Sequence record: SRR31156797_2189
Length of the DNA stretch: 64,000 bases
Reading direction: 5' to 3' (one strand)
The notes beneath the pieces are model-generated. The model made no database searches. It was not told the origin of the DNA and worked only from the letters and a program-made list of their open reading frames with translations. Shown piece after piece: positions 50,325 to 60,280 of the stretch (position 1 is its first letter; each line of letters starts with the position of its first letter). Position numbers and translations under genes: made by a program.

Positions 50325-51371
50325 TTACTCAATCCGCCACGGCTCAAATACAGACTCAGCAAGCGGCTCATAAACTTGAGATAAACGCCCATTTCCCGTG
50401 GTAACAGTCACCTCTGCGGGTTTTGCCTTGCCGTTTACTTTTTTGCTGTAGGCAACAGCTATTCCGGCACCAGCATTAAGCACATCCTCTTTATGATGCT
50501 CGTCTACCTGCGCGTCACCAAAGCGCAGCAACGCAGTTGGCCCGGGATGAGTTGTCATTTCAAACAACCAGTCACCTGGCCTCCAATAAGAGGCTATCCG
50601 GCTATTCTCTTTTTCATCTCTTCCTACCACCAGCCAACATTTATCAAAAAGCAAAAATTGTCGCCCAACAAGCAATAAATTGACATCATCAACAGAAATA
50701 TCTTTAGAGTCAGGTGTGTAGGCACCGGAGTAATATTTCTCTATCCGTCCACCAAGGTTACAATCCGTAAGTATACAGCCACCTGCGGCGTTTGGATATT
50801 CCTTTATCCCCAAGGATGCTGCCAATGCTATCTGCGGTTTTCTTCCCCTGCCCGAGAAGGCAAAAAGTTGTCCTCTATCTACAAGTCCATCCTGTTCAAC
50901 CTTTGTCGGTACAAGCAGCTTGGCGCTCAAAGGCCGCAGTAAAAGTCCAGTAAGACCTGTATCTCGCTCTATAAGACGCAAGGTATCTTTCCTCTGAGAC
51001 ATGGGTCGCTGCCCCACCACCTCACCGGTCACAAGAAAAGAAGCATTATAATGCGCCATCAGTTCCTTGGCCCTGGTCAACATAAGTATCTTACAGTCAA
51101 TACAGGGATTAAAATTTTTCCCGAACCCATGGATGGGATTACGCAGCAGATCCAGGTACCCTTCACTCAGGTCAATCAGCTCAACACTGATACCGTACTT
51201 CCGTTCCATCTCAGCGGCATAAGCTTCTTTCTTTTCGAGGAGATCATAATCAAAAAACGGGGTAACGAATTTCAACGCAACCACCTTAATCCCCTGCTCT
51301 GCAATAACCCGGCAGGCAAGAATTGAATCAAGCCCTCCAGAAAAAAGCCCTAAGGCTACCGTTTGTTTCAC
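50325..51371 (-). CDS. PP-loop tRNA thiolation-family protein (ThiI/MnmA-like, no THUMP domain)
   Basis: FSGGLDS, NPCIDCK, TGEVVGQRPMSQ, AGGC, VGR. Confidence 0.78.
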   Translation of the reverse strand: MKQTVALGLFSGGLDSILACRVIAEQGIKVVALKFVTPFFDYDLLEKKEAYAAEMERKYGISVELIDLSEGYLDLLRNPIHGFGKNFNPCIDCKILMLTRAKELMAHYNASFLVTGEVVGQRPMSQRKDTLRLIERDTGLTGLLLRPLSAKLLVPTKVEQDGLVDRGQLFAFSGRGRKPQIALAASLGIKEYPNAAGGCILTDCNLGGRIEKYYSGAYTPDSKDISVDDVNLLLVGRQFLLFDKCWLVVGRDEKENSRIASYWRPGDWLFEMTTHPGPTALLRFGDAQVDEHHKEDVLNAGAGIAVAYSKKVNGKAKPAEVTVTTGNGRLSQVYEPLAESVFEPWRIE

Positions 51372-53062
51372 GCGCTACTCCTTTTCTGCCTACGCTCGGC
51401 CAGTTCTTTTGCATACATCATTGTCTGACCGGTGGGATCCTCTCCACCAAGCATCCTTGCCAGCTCTATAACTCTTTCATTTTCATCAAGCCTGACCAAC
51501 ACCGTTTTGGTTCGTCCGCCCTGAATACGTTTTTCAATTCTGAAATGGATATCAGCACCTGCCGCTATTTGAGGTAAATGGGTAATACAAAAAACCTGAT
51601 GATGCCCGGAAAGCTCACAAATTTTACCAGCAACCGCTTCTGCGGCCTGACCGCCAATACCCGCGTCAACCTCGTCAAAAATAACCGTATCAACCTGGTC
51701 ACGACGTGCAAGGATACATTTCATAGCCAGCATCAAGCGTGATAATTCACCGCCTGAAGCTATTCGTGCCAGTGATTTAGGGGGCTCACCAGGGTTAGCT
51801 GAAAAAAGAAACTCCACCGTGTCCCGACCAGTGGCCTGTACCCCATCCAGACCAAGCCCTTCGGGAACCTCCATCTTTACATTAAAAACAGCCTGGTTAA
51901 AACTCAAGGAACCCAGCTCCATTTCCATGGCGTGTCCAAGCCTTTGAGCAGTGGCTTTTCTTGCCTCTGAAAGATCAGTTGCTTTTAACAATGCCTTGGT
52001 GCTGACTTTTTCAAGTTCTATCTCCAGGGTATCGATCCTTTCTTCAAGCCCTTCCAGCTCGCTCACCTCCAAACGAACCTTTTCTGAAAATGCAATGACC
52101 TCTTCCAAAGTGGGGCCATATTTTCTCTGCAGCTGCTTTAACAACGCCAACCGCTCTGCAATAGCCTCCATCCGTGACGCATCCGTTGGAATCGTCTGGA
52201 GGTAAGCGCTCAGTTCCTGCTCAATATCACTGATTTCATAACAGGCTGAAACAGCTCGCTCTGCGAGTTCGGAAACTGAGGGATCAAGGGTTGTCAGTTG
52301 CCCCAGATCCTTTCTAACCTCAGAGAGGGTATCCAAAATAGTACCCGAAAAGAGCTGTCGGGCCTTTTTGGTAATCTGGAGCAGTGTTACTGAAGATTTG
52401 AGCTTATCCCGCTCTTTTAACAGTTCTTCATCCTCTCCCGGCACGAGCCGGGCATTTTCTATCTCTTCCAGTTGAAAAAGAAGAAAATCTTTCTGTTGTT
52501 CTTTCTCCTGTTCTTTTTCAAGCAACTGCCGAAGGTCAGAGGAAAGTACCTGCCACTGTTTAAACAGGCGGCTAAACTGCTCTCTCTGCGGCCAGTGCTC
52601 GCCATAGGTATCAAGAAAATCCAAATGATGACGAGTGTTGAGCAGTTGCTGGTTGTCGTGCTGGCTAGCAATATTAACCAAACCGTCGGCCAACTCCCTG
52701 GCCACCCGGGCTGTGACAAGCTGATCGTTGATATACAGCTTACTTCGGCCTTGGCTGGTAATCACCCTGCGTACAATACAAGTCGTACCATCATTTAATG
52801 CATGATCACCCAGCACATCCCGCAAAGCGCCCTGCTCCTCTCTAATCTCAAACAGCGCCTCAATGTATGCCTGGTCACAGTCACTGCGTACCCAAGACGA
52901 AGAGCTCCTGCCGCCTCCCAGAAGATGTATTGCCTGCAAAATAATAGATTTCCCGGCACCTGTTTCACCTGTTAACACAATTAACCCCGTTGCACGTTCC
53001 GACACATCAAAATGAAGTGCATCAACTAAGGCGAGGTTTTGTACTCTGAGTTCATGGAGCAT
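51368..53062 (-). CDS. recN: DNA repair protein RecN
   Basis: TGETGAGKS, SANPGE, ASGGELSR, IFDEVDAGIGG, ITHLPQ, ELARML. Confidence 0.97.
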   Translation of the reverse strand: MLHELRVQNLALVDALHFDVSERATGLIVLTGETGAGKSIILQAIHLLGGGRSSSSWVRSDCDQAYIEALFEIREEQGALRDVLGDHALNDGTTCIVRRVITSQGRSKLYINDQLVTARVARELADGLVNIASQHDNQQLLNTRHHLDFLDTYGEHWPQREQFSRLFKQWQVLSSDLRQLLEKEQEKEQQKDFLLFQLEEIENARLVPGEDEELLKERDKLKSSVTLLQITKKARQLFSGTILDTLSEVRKDLGQLTTLDPSVSELAERAVSACYEISDIEQELSAYLQTIPTDASRMEAIAERLALLKQLQRKYGPTLEEVIAFSEKVRLEVSELEGLEERIDTLEIELEKVSTKALLKATDLSEARKATAQRLGHAMEMELGSLSFNQAVFNVKMEVPEGLGLDGVQATGRDTVEFLFSANPGEPPKSLARIASGGELSRLMLAMKCILARRDQVDTVIFDEVDAGIGGQAAEAVAGKICELSGHHQVFCITHLPQIAAGADIHFRIEKRIQGGRTKTVLVRLDENERVIELARMLGGEDPTGQTMMYAKELAERRQKRSSA

Positions 53063-53300
53063 GACGACTGACCTTAAAGGATAATACCTTTTTAATTCTT
53101 ATATCTGTATATGCCGCTAAGGGGAGCTGGTGCCCTCCCCCCTTTCTAACCAACAGTAGGGATAAAACCTGCGTAACGCAACCAGCACCCGCCTGTTCCA
53201 ATTTTACCAGCTCTGAGGCAAGCGACATTCCCCTTGACGGGTTCTTTGACACACAGTATTTTCAACGGGATACCTATCTTTTACCATAAAGGGAGTTGCC

Positions 53301-53804
53301 GTGTCTACCAGTCCACAATTAAGCGCCAGTCTTGAGGATTACATTGAAGCTATTTACCATATTATTACAGAAAAGCAGGTTGCGCGCGGAAAAGACATTT
53401 CTTCACGGCTTGACGTCAGCGGTCCTTCCGTAACGGAAGCACTTCGAGCACTGTCTAAAAAAGGGCTCATCAACTACGTTCCTTATGAAGTCATCACCAT
53501 GACAGAAAAAGGGCGTGAGGTTGCTGAAGATGTCATCGAACGGCACAACGCATTAAAAAAATTCTTTACGGAAGTACTGGCACTCGACAATGAGACAGCC
53601 GAAGAAGGGGCATGTAAGATTGAACACACTGCACCTCGGGAAATAATTAACAGGATGGTGCAGTTCATTCAATTCCTTAAAATCTGTCCCAGAGGCGGGG
53701 AAGAGTTGATTACCGGCTTTGCCAGTTTCTGCCAAAAAGGTGAGCCTCGAGATACCTGTGCCGAATGTATCTCGCAATGCTTTGCCCCTAAGCAGGAACA
53801 GTAA
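53301..53804 (+). CDS. DtxR/MntR family metal-dependent transcriptional regulator
   Basis: SLEDYIEAIY, HTH, RHNAL..FF, ACKIEH; Cys-rich C-terminus; GGGAG RBS before GTG. Confidence 0.92.
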   Translation: MSTSPQLSASLEDYIEAIYHIITEKQVARGKDISSRLDVSGPSVTEALRALSKKGLINYVPYEVITMTEKGREVAEDVIERHNALKKFFTEVLALDNETAEEGACKIEHTAPREIINRMVQFIQFLKICPRGGEELITGFASFCQKGEPRDTCAECISQCFAPKQEQ

Positions 53805-53820
53805 CAGCTGCTGTTCACCT

Positions 53821-54051
53821 TTACACGTTGTTCTGCAGCAACCCCACGATTTCAGCTGACTCAGGAAAACGTCCTGATTCCTTCTTAGAAAACAAGATGT
53901 TACCATCCAAAACGACCTCAAAAATACCGTCTGACCCAGGAATCAAAGTTACCTCAACCTGCTTGTTGAATGCCTGCTTTAACGCAGCTCCCAAACTGGA
54001 AGCACGTGGTTTATAGTTTCACTGTGAACAGTATTCTATTGTTACTCTCAT
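53821..54051 (-). CDS. SelW/SelT/SelH (Rdx family) selenoprotein, 76 aa, CxxU
   Basis: MRVTIEYCSQ-U(TGA 54021-54019)-NYKPRASSLG...GSDGIFEVVLDGNILFSKKESGRFP...; Rdx motifs on both sides of the in-frame TGA, followed by a SECIS-like hairpin. Confidence 0.9.
53982..54007 (-). promoter_or_regulatory. Putative bacterial SECIS element
   Basis: Minus strand ACGT-GCTTCCA-GTT-TGGGAGC-T-GCGT hairpin starting 11 nt after the UGA, with G in the apical loop. Confidence 0.7.
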
Positions 54052-54218
54052 ACCACAATCCATTATTTTTTGGGCAAAACGCCATTGTTCTTTCTATTAA
54101 CAGCGCGCTATACTAGCATATTGGTTAACCGGTGCAATGGATATGGAATACTTTTTTTTGCCACGCACCTTTTTTCACCACACTTACTTACTCACAGTTT
54201 CTCCAAAATCTAAGACCT

Positions 54219-55445
54219 ATGCCGGTATATGAATTCACAGCACTCGACAGCTCTGGGAAAAAGACTAAAGGCATTCTTGATGCTGATTCTCTAACTGCAG
54301 CACGGCAAAAAATACGGGCGCAGGGAAATTATCCTGTAGAAATTAAAGAGACTACTGCCAGGAAGAAGACACAGAAATCATCTTCCGCTCTTTCCTTTCA
54401 TATAGGGAAAAAAATTAATCCACAGGAAATCCACGTTTCCACCCGCCAGCTTGCAACTTTATTGGGGGCAGGCATCCCCCTTATCCAGGCTCTTGACGGC
54501 CTTATCGAGCAGACGAGTAATCGTTACCTCCAAAAATGTGTTGCCCAGATAAAAGACGCTGTCAACGAAGGGAACTCTTTTACCGCTGCCTTAGAAGAGC
54601 ATCCTCGTCTTTTTTCTAAAATCTACATTAATATGGTCAGAGCAGGAGAAGCATCAGGCTCACTTGATGTAGTTCTCGAAAGGCTGGCAGAATTTGGTGA
54701 AAATCAGGCTGCGCTCCGTTCAAGGGTCAAAGCAGCGTTGCTCTATCCCATTTTCATGGCCTTTGTCGGCATCGCTGTTCTGGTCCTCTTGATTACCTTC
54801 ATTGTCCCCAGTATAACCTCTGTTTTTGAAGGGACTCAGCAGGCCCTTCCCTTACCGACCATCCTCCTCATCGGCACCAGTTCCCTGCTTCAAAAATACT
54901 GGTGGCTCCTCCTCTTGGTTATTACAGGAGTATTCTTTGGCATTACTGCCTTTCTCCGCAGGCCGGAAGGTAAAAAAATGTGGGATACATGTAAACTCTC
55001 TCTCCCAGGTTTAAAAGATTTAAATATCAAAATTGCCTCAGCCAGGTTCGGCCGAACCCTGGCCAGCCTGCTCAGCTCAGGTGTCCCCCTCACTGCCTCC
55101 CTGCAGATAGTAAAAAACATCGTCAACAACAGCGTGCTTGCAGAAATTATTGAACAGGCAGGAGAGGAACTCGAAAAAGGGAAGAGTCTGTCACATATTT
55201 TTAAAGGCAGCGCCTATTTCCCACCAATGCTGGTCCAGATGATTGCAGTTGGAGAACAGAGTGGTGCCTTGGAAAAAATGCTTGAAAAAGCTGCAGACAG
55301 CTATGAAAAAGAAGTTGAAGCCAAGATTCTGGCCCTCACCTCAATGATTGAACCGATCATGATCCTGGTGATGGGAGTGGCAGTCAGCTTTATCGTTATC
55401 TCCATTCTGCTGCCTATTTTTGAAATGAACCAGCTTATCAGGTAA
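54219..55445 (+). CDS. gspF: Type II secretion inner-membrane protein GspF
   Basis: MPVYEFTALD, RQLATLL.AG.P, AGEASG.L, YP, GEQSG.L, EP...LLPIF; ATG 54219 preferred. Confidence 0.93.
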   Translation: MPVYEFTALDSSGKKTKGILDADSLTAARQKIRAQGNYPVEIKETTARKKTQKSSSALSFHIGKKINPQEIHVSTRQLATLLGAGIPLIQALDGLIEQTSNRYLQKCVAQIKDAVNEGNSFTAALEEHPRLFSKIYINMVRAGEASGSLDVVLERLAEFGENQAALRSRVKAALLYPIFMAFVGIAVLVLLITFIVPSITSVFEGTQQALPLPTILLIGTSSLLQKYWWLLLLVITGVFFGITAFLRRPEGKKMWDTCKLSLPGLKDLNIKIASARFGRTLASLLSSGVPLTASLQIVKNIVNNSVLAEIIEQAGEELEKGKSLSHIFKGSAYFPPMLVQMIAVGEQSGALEKMLEKAADSYEKEVEAKILALTSMIEPIMILVMGVAVSFIVISILLPIFEMNQLIR

Positions 55446-57162
55446 CGCGGAAGACCTCCTCCAAAGTCGTCTGCCCAGTCAGTATCTTTCTTAATCCATC
55501 CTGGCGCAGGGTCTTCATACCGGTTTCCTCCATAGAGAGAGCCTTGCGCTTTATCAAACCGGCATCAGAGGTGGTCAGGGTATACTGTTTCAGCTCGTCG
55601 GTTAAAATCATCAATTCAAAAATCGCAATTCTGCCCTTATAACCTGTTTCAAAACACTCTGGGCACCCTTTCCCCCGGTACAGACTTTTATCGCCGACAT
55701 CCTCTACAGTTAAGCCTGCTTTCTCTAAATATTGTTTGGTCGGCACAAAAGATTCCCTGCAATTCGGACAAATCTGACGAACCAAACGCTGGGCAAGAAT
55801 GGCATTTACAGAAGAGGATACCAGAAACGGCTCTACTCCCATGTCAATTAAACGGGTTATGGCACTGGCAGCATCATTGGTATGCAAGGTGGAAAATACA
55901 AGGTGTCCGGTAAGTGCTGCCTGAATTGCAATTTCAGCTGTTTCAAGATCACGAATCTCACCAACCAGAATTACATCAGGGTCCTGGCGAACTATAGTCC
56001 GCAAACCACCGGCAAAGGTAAGGCCAATTTTGGCGTTCACCTGCATCTGCGAAATGCCATCCATTTGATACTCAATGGGATCTTCAACCGTTATGATATT
56101 GATGTCCGGATTATTCAGAATACCAAGAGCAGAATAGAGGGTGGTTGTTTTTCCGCTGCCAGTGGGCCCCGTAACCAGAACAATGCCATGAGGTTCCTTT
56201 ATAAGCTGCAGAAAATGGGCAAGATCCTTGGCCACAAGTCCCAGTTCTTCCAACGGTAGGTAGACACTTGACTTGTCAAGCAGGCGCATCACCACCCGTT
56301 CGCCAAAAGCGGTAGGCAATGTAGAGACACGGATATCTATATTTTTATCGGCAATACGAATCTCGATTCGCCCATCCTGGGGCAGCCTCTTCTCCGCAAT
56401 ATCCATCTTCGCCAGTATCTTGACACGAGAAATTAACTTTCCCAAAACATGCCTGGGTGGCGAATACATATCGTAAAGAATGCCATCGACCCTTTTCCTG
56501 ATCTTGACCCTATTTTTATAAGGCTCGATATGCACGTCACTTGCATTATCACGCACCGCCTGTGAAAGCACCAGATTCACCAGCTTGATCACGGGTGCAT
56601 CGCTGGTATCATCCAACAAGTCTGCAGTTTCTTCTATCTGGGAAAAGATGCTATCAGGGTCTTCTTCATGCATATCCTGCATAACCTGATCTGCAGCATC
56701 GTCACTGGTCATGTCATAGGCAGTATTGATAGCTATGAAAATTTCATTTTGGGGTGCCAGTACCATTTCCATTCCTTCCCATTGCAGCAGGCGTTTGAGA
56801 TCATCAAGCTGCTGTACAAAAAAGGGCTCTGCAAGGGCAACATACGAACGCTCTGGCGTTGCCACCGGAATCATCTTAAAACGTTTAAGATAACCAATAG
56901 GTACCCGCTTAACAAAAAAGGGCTCAATTTCTTTTGGCAGGGTCGTAATCACTTCCAAGTTGCATTGAATGCTTCTTGCCTGCAGCAATTCCTCTTCCGT
57001 TACCAGCTTCTCCAATATCAGGATCTCACCTATACGGCCCCCCTTTTCCTTCTGGCTCTCCAAGGCGGCGACAAGAGCTGTTTCATCCAACCCGAACTGC
57101 TCCTGTAATATTTTTCCGATCGGCTGCATATCCCCAACCATTGTTCCAGGATTACCTTTCAT
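55438..57162 (-). CDS. gspE: Type II secretion ATPase GspE
   Basis: ASDVHIEP, DIAEKRLPQDGR, GPTGSGKTT, TVEDPIE, RQDPD, STLHTND, tetra-Cys motif. Confidence 0.95.
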   Translation of the reverse strand: MKGNPGTMVGDMQPIGKILQEQFGLDETALVAALESQKEKGGRIGEILILEKLVTEEELLQARSIQCNLEVITTLPKEIEPFFVKRVPIGYLKRFKMIPVATPERSYVALAEPFFVQQLDDLKRLLQWEGMEMVLAPQNEIFIAINTAYDMTSDDAADQVMQDMHEEDPDSIFSQIEETADLLDDTSDAPVIKLVNLVLSQAVRDNASDVHIEPYKNRVKIRKRVDGILYDMYSPPRHVLGKLISRVKILAKMDIAEKRLPQDGRIEIRIADKNIDIRVSTLPTAFGERVVMRLLDKSSVYLPLEELGLVAKDLAHFLQLIKEPHGIVLVTGPTGSGKTTTLYSALGILNNPDINIITVEDPIEYQMDGISQMQVNAKIGLTFAGGLRTIVRQDPDVILVGEIRDLETAEIAIQAALTGHLVFSTLHTNDAASAITRLIDMGVEPFLVSSSVNAILAQRLVRQICPNCRESFVPTKQYLEKAGLTVEDVGDKSLYRGKGCPECFETGYKGRIAIFELMILTDELKQYTLTTSDAGLIKRKALSMEETGMKTLRQDGLRKILTGQTTLEEVFRVT

Positions 57163-57210
57163 ACAATTTGCCGACTGCCAAGTTTCTTACTCTGTCCATT
57201 TATCGCCATG

Positions 57211-59466
57211 CTATTGTTGCCCACCACCGGTACGCAGGTGCTCTATGTTGTCTCGAGCAAGCTCCTTTAAGGCATCATAGGGACTTTGCTGCCACTCATC
57301 CTGCTGTTCCTTGCCAGAATCCAATTCCAGGACTTTTTCATACATTTCTCTCGCTCCGGCCACGTTGCCTTCACGTTCGTAAACAACCCCCAGATTAATG
57401 GTGGCGTAAGGGTTTTCAGGATCAATACCCAGGGCCTGAACAAAATAGTCCTTCGCCTCTAAAAATTCACCACGCTGCAGTTTGGCAAACCCGAGGTCAG
57501 TGAGCGCGGCAGCATGCTCCGAATTTGGTTTTCTATGAAAAAACTGATCAGGTATTTCTGAAGACCCCGGCTGTACCTGCTCAATGAGATCACGCTTTTG
57601 ATAGTAAATCTGTGCTACCTCGGCCGGATTTTGAACGATATGGGGGGTGATAAAGATGAACAAGTTTGTTTTAGTTTCTTTCTCGCTACGAGACTTAAAC
57701 AGCCAACCGAGGAGGGGAATATCGCCGAGCAGCGGCACTTTGTACTCCCCTGTATCGGTATCCTGGCCAATCATCCCTCCCAGGACCACGGTTTCCTCGT
57801 TATGAACGACCACAGTCGTATCAGCTGTCCTGGTAAAGGTCGTAGGGCGTCCTTCTTCTGCCCCAGATTTAACCTTGATCACCTCCACTCCGATTTCCAA
57901 GCGAACCACATCGGCTTGGTTAATCTGGGGGGTAATGGTCAACGTGGTAGCGACATCCTTATATTCATAGTTGGTGTAATCCTGCTGAGCTGTCGTTGTA
58001 TTTTGACTGGTAATATAAGGGACATTTTCCCCCACCTTGATGACAGCCTTCTTATTATCAGTGGTTAAAATCTGTGGGGTAGCTATAATATTAACATCTT
58101 CATCTTGCTTATAGGCATTGATAACCGCCCCCAGGTTGGGAAAAGTAATACCTGCTATCTCCACCCCCTGCTTCAATACCCCCATGGTAAATCCCGAAGG
58201 CAAAACAGGAGGTGTTTCGTTAAACCCCTGCAGAACCCCGTAGGGGTTATCTTTGGTACCACTAAAACCGCCTATTACCGTACCGGTTTCATCAGCAAAA
58301 GACCCAGAGCCGCCATACTGAATCCCTAGTCCAAAATCTTTAGTAACCTGCACTTCCATAATAAGGGCTTCCATATAGACCATGCGCCGCGGGATATCCA
58401 ACTTCTTGATAACATCCTCAAGGACCAGGTATTCCTCTCTGGGAGCAGTAATAATCAAGGCATTGGTTTCAGGATCCGCCATTATCTGTGTGTCAGAGGA
58501 CAGCAGTGGCCCAGCCTTTCCGGGGGCCTGCTTGGTGCCGGCTGTATTCTTCCCAGGCAGGCTGGTCAAGACCTTGACCATTTCTTCAGCATTGGCATGC
58601 TGAAGATAATACACACGTATCTTACCCTCACCCCTGGGGACTTGACGATCAAGCTCCTTGAGTAAATTCTGAATCTTATCAATTTGCGCCTTTGGAGCGA
58701 AAATAATCAATTGGTTGGTGCGTTCGTAAGGAATAACTTTAATTGTTTCCGTTCGCTTCCCTTTTACAACTCGTTTTGCAAATAATTCCCGAATGGATTT
58801 GGCTACTGTGACCGCATCAGCATGTTCCAGGGTAATGGTCACGGTCTCCTCGCCGATGGATGGGACATCAACGACCTTAATTATTTCCATCAACCGTGAA
58901 ATATTGGACTGCACATCAGTAATAATCAGCATTCCCGATTGAGCATGGGAAATAAGAACACTGGTTTTAGAAACAAGAGGAGACAGAATTTTCTTGAGGT
59001 CATCTGCGTTGGAATGGATCAGGGGTATGATCTGGGTCACGACCCGATCTTCCGGCATGTCAGCATCACCCTGGTACAGGGTTGAAATATTTTTAGATCG
59101 AGCCTGAACAGCAGGTACAATTTTGATCACCGAACCACTTGGGATGGTTGTAAAACCATGGACCTCCAACACAGATTCAAAAACCCGGTAGGCATCTTCT
59201 TCGCTGATCCTGGTTGGGGAAATAATGGTCACATTGCCTTTCACAGCCCTATCGACAATAAAGTTTTTCCCTGTGAGTTCGCTGATATATTTTATAAATA
59301 AATTAATGTCGACATCATTAAAATCGATAGTAACATACTTTTGCGGTGCCATTTTCCGCGATGCTCCGTACACTTCGCCGAAACTACCGGTGAAAAGCAG
59401 ACAGCAACTCAAGCAAACCAGAGATAAAACCAATTTCTTTATCATAAAGCCACACCCGCTCTTCAT
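57211..59466 (-). CDS. gspD: Type II secretion secretin GspD with C-terminal TPR extension
   Basis: IDFNDVDI N0 domain, N repeats, LDIPRRMV.MEALI, PQILT.DN, KVPLLGDIPLLGWLF, FITPHI, then TPR helices; start uncertain. Confidence 0.93.
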   Translation of the reverse strand: MKSGCGFMIKKLVLSLVCLSCCLLFTGSFGEVYGASRKMAPQKYVTIDFNDVDINLFIKYISELTGKNFIVDRAVKGNVTIISPTRISEEDAYRVFESVLEVHGFTTIPSGSVIKIVPAVQARSKNISTLYQGDADMPEDRVVTQIIPLIHSNADDLKKILSPLVSKTSVLISHAQSGMLIITDVQSNISRLMEIIKVVDVPSIGEETVTITLEHADAVTVAKSIRELFAKRVVKGKRTETIKVIPYERTNQLIIFAPKAQIDKIQNLLKELDRQVPRGEGKIRVYYLQHANAEEMVKVLTSLPGKNTAGTKQAPGKAGPLLSSDTQIMADPETNALIITAPREEYLVLEDVIKKLDIPRRMVYMEALIMEVQVTKDFGLGIQYGGSGSFADETGTVIGGFSGTKDNPYGVLQGFNETPPVLPSGFTMGVLKQGVEIAGITFPNLGAVINAYKQDEDVNIIATPQILTTDNKKAVIKVGENVPYITSQNTTTAQQDYTNYEYKDVATTLTITPQINQADVVRLEIGVEVIKVKSGAEEGRPTTFTRTADTTVVVHNEETVVLGGMIGQDTDTGEYKVPLLGDIPLLGWLFKSRSEKETKTNLFIFITPHIVQNPAEVAQIYYQKRDLIEQVQPGSSEIPDQFFHRKPNSEHAAALTDLGFAKLQRGEFLEAKDYFVQALGIDPENPYATINLGVVYEREGNVAGAREMYEKVLELDSGKEQQDEWQQSPYDALKELARDNIEHLRTGGGQQ

Positions 59467-59549
59467 ATAACAGCCCCTTTCACAACTCCACCTCTTATAA
59501 CCGGAAACACAGCCTCTTTTAACAACCTGCGACAAACTGACGTTCTCTA

Positions 59550-60278
59550 TTACTTTTCAAGAGCCGCCTCAAACTCTTCACTCTCCTCATCTACGAATTC
59601 CTCTAGACCTTCGTCTTCAGCCATGAGAGGCTCCTCGGGTTCCTCCACCGCTTCTGGAAGCTGTGTACGCCCTTCCCGAAAGCTGATACGTCTTTTAGGC
59701 CTCACCACAGGGACCCTTTTTTGAGCAGCGGCTCTCCCCTTGTTTTGCGTAACCGTTCGTCCTCTGTTGGCGATAGGGGCTGGAGGGCCGCCCCCTCCCT
59801 TTCTTTCCTTAATGCTCAGAGATTCAGTGCGTCCATTCACATCCAAGATCACTCTTCCTCTGCCAATCTTTCGTATCCTGGCATTTTGCACGCTATCCCC
59901 GATACGAAAAAGATCCTGCTTTTTTTCCTGTTCATCGATGATAATCGCTCGGGCATCCATATCATCACCGACAACGGTACCGAGCAGCACCAGCTTCAAT
60001 GAAGTTTCTTCATGGTTTTCATCTTCAGCAGGAAGAGGCTCCTTGTCACCTATCTCCAACAATGCCTGGAAAATATTTCTGCTGACAATGACCTCATAAT
60101 CCCCCGACGGAACTGAATTAACGACAACTGTTGCACTTCTATCCTCAGCAGGTTTGACAACCTCGCTCCCTGCAGGAATAAGTGCCACAAGCCCCTGTTC
60201 AACCCGCTCGTACCAAAGAGATACCCCTACGTAGACCAAGGTTGTCAGGGAAAGAATGGTTAACAGTACCCGTATCAC
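59550..60278 (-). CDS. gspC: GspC-like protein (no PDZ domain; acidic tail)
   Basis: N-terminal TM, RNIF, LKLVLLGTVVG...AII HR domain; directly upstream of gspD. Confidence 0.78.
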   Translation of the reverse strand: MIRVLLTILSLTTLVYVGVSLWYERVEQGLVALIPAGSEVVKPAEDRSATVVVNSVPSGDYEVIVSRNIFQALLEIGDKEPLPAEDENHEETSLKLVLLGTVVGDDMDARAIIIDEQEKKQDLFRIGDSVQNARIRKIGRGRVILDVNGRTESLSIKERKGGGGPPAPIANRGRTVTQNKGRAAAQKRVPVVRPKRRISFREGRTQLPEAVEEPEEPLMAEDEGLEEFVDEESEEFEAALEK

Positions 60279-60280
60279 TG

